64,000 nucleotides of DNA from positions 23,622,001 through 23,686,000 of the forward strand of contig OZ024743.1 in assembly GCA_964016885.1 (NCBI GenBank). The letters run 5' to 3'. The stretch comes from Eledone cirrhosa. Taxonomy: Eukaryota. Shown piece by piece: positions 40,417-57,528 of the stretch. The translations under genes and the position numbers were made by a program. The notes under the pieces are model-generated. The model had not been told where the DNA came from. It saw nothing but the letters and a program-made list of their open reading frames with translations, and made no database searches. Position 1 is the stretch's first letter; every line of letters begins with the position of its first letter.

Positions 40417-42753
40417 TGAAATATGAATCTGCGAGCTACCAAGCACCCACGTGAAGCGCCAACCCAGAGACCCTCCCCTACGAGTGTCGACAAATGCCCA
40501 AAACTCCGAGTTGGTACCATCAATGTAGGCTCAATGAAAGGAAGAGCAGGAGAAATCGTAGAAATGCTAGAGCGAAAGGAAGTTGATGTATGCTGTGTGC
40601 AAGAGACTAGATGGAGAGGAGGGTCTGCTAGAGTCCTTGTAGGAAAAAGCCAGTGCTACAAATTTTTCTGGGTGGGAAATGACGATGGGATGGGTGGTGT
40701 AGGTATACTATTAGCTGACAAGTGGGTAGATAAAGTAATCTCAGTGTACAGGGTAAATGCAAGAATCATTAAACTCAGACTAGTCCTGAATAAGACAATT
40801 ACCACAATAATATCAGCTTACGCACCCCAATCGGGGCTGCCAGACGAACTTAAGGATAGGTTTTACGAGTCCCTAATACACACTACTGCTCTAACAGACG
40901 ACAAGGACTTCCTAATCATTGCAGGAGATTTTAACGGACACGTAGGTAAACACTGCGACGGCTTCAATAGAGTACATGGAGGCCATGGAGTTGGCACAAG
41001 GAATGAGGAAGGATTCAGACTTCTAGAATTCTGCGACGCCAATGACATGTCGATATGTAACACAAACTTTAAAAAACCCGACAACCACCTGATCACCTAT
41101 AGATCAGGGGAGCACTCTAGTCAGTTAGATTTTATTCTCATCAGAGGACGTGACAGATGGACGGTCGTAAACACAAAAGCCTTCCCTAGTGAGGAATGTA
41201 CATCCCAACATAGCTTAGTTGTCAGCGACCTCACGGTCAGAACTAGACGAGCCCTGAAACAGAGGCCAACCTGGAGAAGAAAGATCTGGAAGCTGAAAGT
41301 CCCCTCAACCAGTAACAGATTTAAAGATATTTTACTCAACGCCTACGACAGTAAAGAAGAACAGATAGAGACATTTAACGTAGAAGAGAACTGGGAGTTC
41401 CTAAAAAATAACTTACTAGAGGCGACGGATGAGGTTTGTGGCTGGAGTAAGACCTCAAGCAGGAGGAGAGTGACTTGGTGGTGGAACAATAAGGTAGATG
41501 AAGCAGTCAAGGCCAAGAGACAGGCATGGAAAGAATGGAAGAACGGGGGGAGCAGGGTACATTACATAGAGACCAAGAGGGAAGCTAGGCGACAAGTATA
41601 CTTAGCTAGGAGGGAAGCAGAGGATAGAAAATTCAAGCATGTTTTACAACGTGAGGACCAGAAACAGGAGGTATTCAAGATTGCGAGGCAGTGTGTCAGA
41701 GATAGTTGTGATGTCATTGGAGAGAAGTGTATCCGGAATGATAAAGGTGAGCTTGCCCTCACAAGTGCTGAGAAGAAAGATGCATGGAAGAGTCATTATG
41801 ATAGATTACTAAATGAGGAGAATGCATGGGAAGAAGAGACCCTACCCCACGTAGACCCTATAGAGGGACCAGCAGTACAAGTCAGCGGCAGCGTAGTAAG
41901 TAAGGCAATCAGAGATATGAAGATAGGGAAGGCAACCGGTCCATCGGGTATAGCTGCCGAGATGCTGAAGGCATCTGGGTCTGTAGGTCACACTATAACC
42001 ACACGTATCGTTAACCAGGTAATACTAGAGGGGGCCATACCAAAAGATTGGTGCAGTAGCATCATTGTCAACTGCTACAAAGGTAAAGGCGATGCACTAG
42101 ATAGAGGAAACTATAGAGGTATAAAGTTGATGGACCAGGTCATGAAAGTAACAGAAAGAGTTATAGCACAGCTGATTAGGGACCGGGTGAATATAGACGA
42201 GATGCAATTTGGGTTTGTTCCAGGGAAAGGCACCACTGATGCGCTCTTCCTTGTGAGGCAATTACAGGAAAAGTACCTAGCTAAAAGTAAGCCACTCTAC
42301 CTGGCATTTGTCGACCTTGAGAAAGCCTTTGACAGAGTTCCACGTGCAGTAATCTGGTGGGCTCTTAGAAAACTAGGAGTAGATGAATGGCTTGTGAAAG
42401 CGGTACAAGCCATGTATAGGGGAGCAGTCAGCAAAGTTAGGATTGGCAATGAGTATAGCGAGGAATTTAGCGTACAGGTTGGGGTCCACCAGGGCTCTGT
42501 TCTTAGCCCTCTCCTGTTCATCATAGTCCTGCAGGCAATAACGGAGGAGTTTAAGACCGGATGCCCATGGGAACTCCTGTATGCTGATGACCTCGCACTC
42601 ATAGCTGAATCTATGGTAGAACTAGAGAATAAATTCCAAACCTGGAAGCAGGGACTAGAGAGAAAGGGCCTCAAAGTCAACATGACAAAGACTAAGGTCC
42701 TTATAAGTAGACGAGAAAACAGAACCCAGTTCCCCTCAGGGAAATGGCCTTGC
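40417..42753 (+). mobile_element. RTE family B LINE, uninterrupted ORF (APE endonuclease + RT) up to the assembly gap
   Basis: ORF from 40423: [41 protein letters not shown] (APE); NYRGIKL, QFGF, DLEKAFDRV, QGSVLSP, YADD (RT). Confidence 0.95.
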
Positions 42754-42953
42754 NNNNNNNNNNNNNNNNNNNNNNNNNNNNNNNNNNNNNNNNNNNNNNN
42801 NNNNNNNNNNNNNNNNNNNNNNNNNNNNNNNNNNNNNNNNNNNNNNNNNNNNNNNNNNNNNNNNNNNNNNNNNNNNNNNNNNNNNNNNNNNNNNNNNNNN
42901 NNNNNNNNNNNNNNNNNNNNNNNNNNNNNNNNNNNNNNNNNNNNNNNNNNNNN
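42754..42953. other. Assembly gap (200 N)
   Basis: N run. Confidence 0.99.
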
Positions 42954-45360
42954 GCTTGGAAAGTATGGCGGGATGGGGGAAGTAGAGAGGACTATCAAGT
43001 GGCCAGGAGGGAAGCTAGGAGACAAGTGTACTTAGCAAGAAGGGAAGCTGAGGAAAGAAAGTTCAAGCATGTTCTACAACGCGATGACCAAAAACGTGAG
43101 GTGTTCAGGATTGCTAGGCAATGCGTCAAGGAAAACCGTGATATTGTCGGGGAGAAGTGTGTACTAAAAGACGATGGCACACTTGCCATCACCGACGCTG
43201 ATAAGAAGGTAGCTTGGAAGTGTCACTATGAAAGGCTTCTAAATGAGGAGAATAATTGGGAGAAAGGCAGTCTCCCCATATCGACCCCAATAGAGGGACC
43301 AGCAGTGTTAGTCGAGGGGAGTATAATAAGTAAGGCAATCAAGGATATGAAGACTGGTAAGGCGGCTGGGCCTTCGGAAATAGTTGCTGAGATGCTGAAG
43401 GCATCTGGCACGGTGGGACACACCATGGTCACCCGCATAGTTAACCAAGTCGTACAGAACGGGGTTGTTCCGAAGGACTGGCATAGCAGCATCATCGTTA
43501 ACTGTTACAAGGGTAAAGGAGACCCCCTAGATAGGAGTAACTATAGAGGCATTAAATTAATCGACCAGGTCATGAAGGTCACGGAAAGAGTAATAGCGCA
43601 ACTAATCAGAGAGAGGAATTGACCTAGATGAAATGCAGTTCGGGTTTGTGTCAGGCAAAAGTACCACAGACGCTCTTTTCATAGTACGACAACTACAAGA
43701 GAAGTACCTAGCTAAAGGTAAACCCCTCTACTTAGCTTTTGTCGACTTGGAGAAAGCCTTCGACAGAGTCCCCCGCTCCATTATCTGGTGGGCTCTTAGA
43801 AAACTAGGCGTTGACGAATGGCTTGTGAGGGCTATACAAGCCATGTATAAAGAACAGTCAGCAAGGTTAGAATTAACAACGAATATAGTGAAGAGTTTAG
43901 CGTAAAAGTCGGCGTCCATCAGGGCTCTGTTCTCAGTCCACTACTATTTATTATTGCCCTTCAGGCCATAACAGAGGAGTTCAAGACAGGCTGCCCATGG
44001 GAACTCCTATACGCAGACGACCTGACACTCATAGCGGAATCAATGGCCGAGCTAGAGAAGAAATTCCAAACATGGAAGCACGGCCTAGAGTCAAAAGGAC
44101 TTAAAATTAACCTGGCTAAGACCAAAGTACTAGTTTGTAGGAAAGAAAACAAGGCGGCGGTCCCTTCTGGGAAATGGTCGTGCTCGGTGTGTAGGAAAGG
44201 CGTAGGTAGAAACTCCATTTTATGTCCTAAATGCAAAGTATGGGTGCATAAAAGATGTAGTGGGATCACAGGTAGGCTAACTAAGAACATAGATTTTACA
44301 TGTGGCCGGTGCTCTGGTGCAATAAGTAGCAGCAAGTGCCCACAAACTACTAGCTCTTTCAATTGCGCAGAGGGTTCTATAGAAATAGTGGACAGCTTCC
44401 GTTACTGGGCGATAAAATCAGCAGTGGGGGAGGGTGCTCTGAAAGTACTGTAGCTAGAGTCAGAACTGGTTGGAAAAAGTTCAGAGAGCTTATACACTAT
44501 TAGCTGCTAAAGGGTTCTCACTAAAAATGAAAGGCAGGTTGTACGATGCCTGCATACGAACAGCAATGCTGCATGGCAGTGAGACCTGGGCATTGTGTGC
44601 AGAGGATATACGCAGACTAGAGAGGAACGAAGCTTGCATGCTCCGCTGGATGTGTAACAGTAATATACGTGAACGGCAAAGCATAAACGAACTAAGGAAT
44701 AAATTAGAGATAAGAGGGATCAGATGTTGTTTACTCGAGAGAAGGCTACGTTGGTATGGACACGTGATGCGCATGAAAGTCGATAGCTGTATAACAAAGT
44801 GCAGGGCAATAAAGATAGACGGTAGTCACGGAATAGGCAGACCTAGAAAAACCTGGGACGAGCTGATAAACTCCGACATCACACACTTACACCTCTCCAA
44901 GACAATGTCACTGGACCGAGACCTTTGGCGGTACTCAGTAACAGAGAAGACCCGCCTTACCTAAATATATAGTAAAACCTACTCCAGCCAGTAGGCATCT
45001 CTAACAAAATACACCCCGTCCCACCACCCCCACCCGATCCACACCACCCCGTTCTATGTAAAGTTATGTTGGTGCCGCGCCATCGAGGCCGAAACAAATG
45101 AGATCGTGTAGGTGTCACGACAAAAAAACACACAGTCCACGCTGTAATGTGGCCGTGTAGGCAACACGGTAAAAACCTCCCAGACCCACACTGTAAATGT
45201 GGTTGGTGTTAGGAAGGGCATCCAACTGTAGAAAACCTGCCAGACAGTCCTATGCGAGCAAGACAATCACTCTTGCCTCAAGTGGGACTACCCCCGTCCA
45301 AACCCATGCAAGCGTGGAACACGGACGTTAAACGTTGATGATGATGATGATGATGATGAT
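42954..45360 (+). mobile_element. RTE family A LINE (frameshifted) with complete 3' UTR and (GAT)n tail
   Basis: Fragmented ORFs 42954-44964 match 57964-60396; the UTR ends cccatgcaagcgtggaacacggacgttaaacgtt(gat)n. Confidence 0.92.
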
Positions 45361-45361
45361 G

Positions 45362-45392
<31 letters not shown>

Positions 45393-45453
45393 GTATATAT
45401 ATATGTATATATATGTATATATAATATGTATATGTATATGTATATATATATGT

Positions 45454-45484
<31 letters not shown>

Positions 45485-45732
45485 TATATATATATATATG
45501 TATATATATATGTATATATATATATTATATGTATATATATATGTATATATATGTATATATATATGTATATGTATATATATATATGTATATGTATGTATAT
45601 TATATATATATATGTATATGTATGTATATGTATATATATATATGTATATGTATATGTATGTATATATATATATGTATATGTATATATATGTATATATATA
45701 TATGTATATATATATGTATATGTATATATATG

Positions 45733-45763
<31 letters not shown>

Positions 45764-45764
<1 letters not shown>

Positions 45765-46168
45765 TAATATAAGATCAAAAGATGGTTAAAGGAGTTCCAT
45801 GTATTTTATTATGCGCATTTCAAAAACAAACATCATCATGCAATAATATTTGTGTTTTCATCAGATAAAACAGGAGAACATGATATGAAGGCTAAAAAAC
45901 ACTTGTGGATAGTGCAGTTTTAAATCAACTGCACTATCCACAAGTGTTCTGTTAGCCTTCATATCATGTTCTCCTGTTTTATCTGATGAAAACACAAATA
46001 TTATTGCATGATGATGTTTGTTTTCGAAATGCGCATAATAAAATACATGGAACTCCTTTAACCATCTTTTGATCTTATATTATGCATACTCCAGTCCTAC
46101 AAACTGTAGAGTGCTTCTTATCCGATATCTGCATTGCTTTATTTGTACTACAATGAAAACTCACCTCC
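45764..46168. mobile_element. Second palindromic hammerhead-bearing element inside (TA)n
   Basis: Arms 45764-45919 and 45927-46083 (~156 bp) around a 7-nt spacer, plus an 85-nt unpaired 3' extension. Hammerhead core CTGATGA at 45983 and GAAA at 46026. Confidence 0.8.
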
Positions 46169-51668
<5,500 letters not shown>

Positions 51669-52272
51669 CAGGTCACCAGTTGGTGCTACTGGTAACATGT
51701 ATTCCAGTACAACCTGTCCATGGTCGGGTCGTTGGCGACTAAACTGGCAACCCCACCAAGGTTTCTTGGTGAGGAGGGTGACTTTGGACATCCTGCAGGA
51801 CTAAAACAAAACCTGTCAAAAGGCAAAGGAGCTCTTAAGAGTCAATGGCCATCCAAAATCACCGGGAGAGATGACCCCTTAGCCTTTGTCAAGGCAGAAT
51901 TCTAGGAGAAGGAAAACTCTGATATAACACCTGCAACCCTGATGGTATCCAATGATGTTGACTTGTTCTTCTTTTTGGTAAATATCATCTTGGTTAAGAG
52001 AGTGGGACTGGCTTTGTGCAGTGCCTTTGCTCACTATAAAAGCTTCACGGCACAGGCATTGCTTTATATCTGGAGATCTCTCTGCATTTGTCGTCACATG
52101 GTACCATGGGCCCAGCACTATGTGTCAATAATTGTCACAAGTGTAGTGTTTGTACCAGAGCTTTCAAGTCGCTGGCTGGACTAAAAAGTCACACTCGTTC
52201 AGCGCATCAGTAGGGGTTCTCCTACATGGATATAAAGTAGTGGCCGTACTCGAAAACGAGTTGGCAGCCACC
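51669..52272 (+). mobile_element. Internally deleted RTE-like element (5' UTR-like part joined to C2H2-finger 3' end)
   Basis: ctaggagaaggaaaactctga (~51902) resembles RTE 5' UTRs as I recall them; 52127-52213 encodes [28 protein letters not shown]; terminal hairpin actcg-aaaa-cgagt. Confidence 0.55.
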
Positions 52273-52304
<32 letters not shown>

Positions 52305-52355
52305 ATATATATGTATATATATATATATATATGTGTATGTATATATATATGTATG

Positions 52356-52386
<31 letters not shown>

Positions 52387-52608
52387 ATATATATGTATGT
52401 ATATATATATGTATGTATATATATATGTATGTATATATATATATATATATATGTATGTATATATATGTATATATGTATGTATGTATATATATGTATATAT
52501 GTATGTATGTATATATATGTATATATGTATATATATGTATATATGTATATATGTATATATATATATATGTATGTATGTATATATATATATATGTATGTAT
52601 GTATATAT

Positions 52609-55181
52609 ATCATCATCATCATCATCATCATTTTACATACGCTTTTCCCTGCTTGCAAGGGTGGGACGGGTCTTATTCAGCACAGCATCTCTCCACTCGT
52701 CACGGTCCCTCGTCATCTCCACCGTGAGCTTCAATGATCTGAGGTCTGTTCTCACCACCTCCGCCCATGTTTTTCGTGGTCTACCTCTACCACGTCTTCC
52801 TTCAACTGGCATTTCCTGGCACTTCTTCACCCATCGGTCATCCTCCATGCGCATCCCATGTCCATACCACCTCAGTCTCCTCTCCCGTACACTACATTCT
52901 ATCCCTCTCAGACACAGTTTCTCTCTCAACACATTTATGCTGGGTCGTTCACGCACATTTACACTGCACATCCAACGGAGCATGCTTGCCTCATTTCTCT
53001 CCAGCCGTCGCATATCCTCTGCGGTTGCTGCCCATGTCTCACTACCATGCAGCATCGCGCTCCTCACACAGGCATCATACAACCGGCCTTTCGTACGCAG
53101 GGAGAAACCCTTCTTCGTCAACAGAGGAAGCAGCTCCCTAAACTTCTTCCAACCCGTCCTTATTCTAGATACTATGGCCTCGGAACACCCTCCTCCCATG
53201 CTATTCTGATCTCCTAGGTACCGGAAGCTATCCACCACTTCTATAGCGCCCTCTCGCATTTGAAAAATGTGTCTATCAGTGCGACTTCTACTGTCTAATT
53301 TCCCTGTACATCTACTGCATACATATTTCTCCCTACCTGTTAGTTTGCCTGCTATCCTGCTACATCTCTTGTGTACCCAGGACCTGCATTGTGTGCATTT
53401 TATAGAATTTATGCCAGTTCCTTTTCTGCATATCGAACATGGCCATTTCCCTGACGGAATCAGGGTTTTGTCCTCTTTTCTACTCATCAACACTTTTGTC
53501 TTAGCTAGATTTACTCTCAGTCCTCTTGCTTCCAACTGCTGTTTCCATAGCCGGAATTTATTCTCTAGCTCCTCTACTGATTCTGCTATAAGAGCCAGAT
53601 CGTCAGCATAGAGAAGTTCCCATGGACAGCCAGTCTTAAACTCCTCTGTTATGGCTTGGAGGACTATAATGAACAAGAGCGGGCTGAGGACCGAACCCTG
53701 ATGTACTCCTACTTGTATCTGGAATTCCTCACTAAACTCCATTCCTACCCTGACTTTACTGAGAGTACCTCTGTACAAAGTTTGCACTGTCCTCACAAGC
53801 CATTCCTCAACACCTAGCTTCCTTAGGGACCACCAGATGACAGATCGGGGTACCCTATCAAAGGCCTTCTCTAGGTCAACAAAGGCTAAGTATAGTGGCT
53901 TATTCTTCTCTAAGAATCTCTCTTGCATTTGTCTCACCAAGAAGAGGGCATCTGTTGTACTCTTCCCAGGCACAAAACCAAACTGCATCTCATCTAGTTT
54001 GACCCTTTCTCTAATTAGTTGTGCTAAAATCCTTTCTGCCACTTTCATAACCTGATCCATCAGTTTTATACCCCTATAATTGCTCCTCTCCAAAGCATCC
54101 CCTTTACCTTTGTAGCAATTTATGAGAATACTGCTGCACCAGTCTTTGGGTATGACACCACCATATATAGCCTGATTGATGATGCGTGCAACCAGTTTAG
54201 TGCCTACGTCCCCTGATGCCTTCAGCATCTCAGCAACTATTCCCGATGGTCCGGCCGCCTTACCATTTTTCATTTCCCTAATCGCCTCTTGGACCCTATA
54301 TTCGTCAATCTCAATAGCTGGTCCCTCTGTCGGATCTACCAAGGGTAATTTCTCTCTCTCCCATTCGTTCTCCACATTCATCAGTCTCTCATAATGACAT
54401 TTCCAGGCCTCCTTTTTCTGGTCAATCGTGACACTAAGTACACCGGCATCATCCCGGACACATTTATCACCAACAACATCCTGATTTGCATTGACACACT
54501 GCCTTGCAATGTGGAACACCACACGCCTCTGATCTTCCCGTCGCAGAACATTGGCAAACCTCCTACTCTCTGCCTCCCTGCGTGCTAAGTACACCTGACG
54601 TCTAGCTTCTCTCTTAGTGGCTGTATATTCTTCCCTACTCCCACCCTTTTTCCAAGCCTTCCATGCTAGTCTTTTGTCTCTAATAGCCTTATCTACTGTG
54701 CTGTTCCACCACCAGGTCACTCTCTGTCTGGTTGGAGCTCTGCTCCAGCCACAGGTTTCATTAGTAGCCTGCAGCAAGTTGTCACGTAAGAACTTCCAGT
54801 TATTATCTATGTCATACGTCTCTAAATCGTCTTCTTTTTCGTCATATACATCTTGAAGGGCTTTCCTAAATTTGAATTTTAGTGAAAGGTCTTTTAGCTT
54901 CCAGACCTTTCTTCTCCACACCTTCCTATATGTCTCATTCCATCTCTTGCTTACTGAGATATCACTAACGACTAACCTATGCTGTGGGGTACATTCTTCC
55001 CCAGGGTATGCCTTGGTATTAGACACTATCTGCCTGTCCCGCTGCCTAACTAGCAGGAAGTCAATCTGGCTTATGTGCTCACCAGATTTGTAGGTTATTA
55101 GGTGATTGGCAGGTTTCTGGAAGTTTGTGTTGCAAATAGTCAATGTACTTGCATCACAAAATTCAAGAAGTCTCACTCCTT
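52609..55181 (-). mobile_element. RTE family C LINE, 5'-truncated, 847-aa open ORF (end of APE, RT, PHD-type finger), stop codon running into the (GAT)n tail
   Basis: ORF 52633-55176 with QIDFLL, PQHRLV, DLEKAFDRV, YADD and CSICRK...CTQCRSWVHKRC...CSRC. Confidence 0.95.
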
Positions 55182-55224
55182 ATGTATGTATATATATATA
55201 TGTATGTATATATATATGTATATG

Positions 55225-55332
<108 letters not shown>

Positions 55333-55402
55333 TATGTATGTATATATATATATGTATATATATATATGTATATATATATATGTATGTATATATATATATA
55401 TG

Positions 55403-55442
<40 letters not shown>

Positions 55443-55445
<3 letters not shown>

Positions 55446-56357
55446 AGGTCGACAAAAGCTAAGTAGAGGGGTTTACCTTTAGCTAGGTACTTCTCCTGTA
55501 GTTGTCGTACTATGAAAAGAGCGTCTGTGGTGCTTTTGCCTGACACAAACCCGAACTGCATTTCATCTAGGTCAATTCTCTCTCTGATTAGTTGCGCTAT
55601 TACTTTTTCCGTGACCTTCATGACCTGGTCGATTAATTTAATGCCTCTATAGTTACTCCTATCTAGGGCGTCTCCTTTACCCTTATAACAGTTAACGATG
55701 ATGCTGCTATGCCAGTCCTTCGGAACAACCCCATTCTGTACGACTTGGTTAACTATGCGGGTGACCATGGTGTGTCCCACCGTGCCAGATGCCTTCAGCA
55801 TCTCAGCAACTATTTCCGAAGGCCCAGCCGCCTTACCCGTCTTCATATCCTTGATTGCCTTACTTATTATACTCCCCTCGACTAACACTGCTGGTCCCTC
55901 TATTGGGTCGATATGGGGGAGACTGTCTTTCTCCCATTTATTCTCCTCATTTAGTAGCCTTTCATAGTGACACTTCCAAGCTACCTTCTTATCAGTGTCG
56001 GTGATGGCAAGTATGCCATCATCGTTAAGTACACACTTCTCCCCGACAATATCACGGTTTTCCTTGACGCATTGCCTAGCAATCCTGAACACCTCACGTT
56101 TTTGGTCATCGCGTTGTAGAACATGCTTGAACTTTCTTTCCTCAGCTTCCCTTCTTGCTAAGTACACTTCTCTCCTAGCTTCCCTCCTGGCCACTTGATA
56201 GTCTACTCTACTTCCCCCATCCCGCCATACTTTCCAAGCCTGCTTTTTGGCCTTAATTGACCCCTCCACCCTACTGTTCCACCACCATGTTACTCTCCTC
56301 CTGCCTACAGGCCTGCTCCAGCCACAGACTTCGTCTGTCGCCAACAGCAGGTTTGCT
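55443..56357 (-). mobile_element. Internal fragment of RTE family A, cut at both ends by (TA)n arrays
   Basis: [13 protein letters not shown]...[10 protein letters not shown]; reverse complement of ~58284-59180. Confidence 0.92.
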
Positions 56358-56388
56358 ATATGTATATATATGTATATATATATGTATG

Positions 56389-56421
<33 letters not shown>

Positions 56422-56732
56422 GTATATGTATGTATATGTATATATATATGTATATATATGTGTATATATATGTGTATATATATGTGTATATATATATGTA
56501 TATATATATATGTATATATATATATGTATATATATATATGTATATATATATATGTATATATATATGTATATATATGTATATATATATGTATATATATGTA
56601 TATATATATGTATATATATGTATATATATATGTATATATATGTATGTATATATATGTATATATATATGTATATATATGTATATATATATATGTATATATA
56701 TGTATATATATATGTATATATGTATATATATG

Positions 56733-56787
<55 letters not shown>

Positions 56788-56804
56788 GTATGTATATATA
56801 TATG

Positions 56805-56839
<35 letters not shown>

Positions 56840-56998
56840 GTATGTATGTATATATATATATATATATGTATGTATATATATATATATGTATGTATATATA
56901 TATATATGTATGTATATATATATATATATGTATATATATGTATATGTATGTATATATATATATATATATGTATATATCTGTATATATATGTATATATG

Positions 56999-57029
<31 letters not shown>

Positions 57030-57044
57030 CTGTATATATATGTA

Positions 57045-57123
<79 letters not shown>

Positions 57124-57206
57124 GTATATATATGTATATATCTGTATATATATGTATATATGTATATATATGTATATATATATATATATATGTATATATC
57201 TGTATA

Positions 57207-57263
<57 letters not shown>

Positions 57264-57528
57264 GTATATATATGTATATATATATATGTATATATATGTA
57301 TATATATGTATATATATGTATATATATGTATATATATGTATATATATATATGTATATATATGTATATATATGTATATATATATATATGTATATATATGTA
57401 TATATATGTATATGTATATATATGTATATATATGTATATATATGTATATATATGTATATATATGTATATATATATATATATGTATATATATGTATGTATA
57501 TGTATGTATATATATGTGTATATATGTA
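56358..57528. repeat. (TA)n/(TATG) array
   Basis: Direct inspection; similar arrays at 52273-52608, 55182-55442, 61016-61200 and 61433-62185. Confidence 0.95.
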
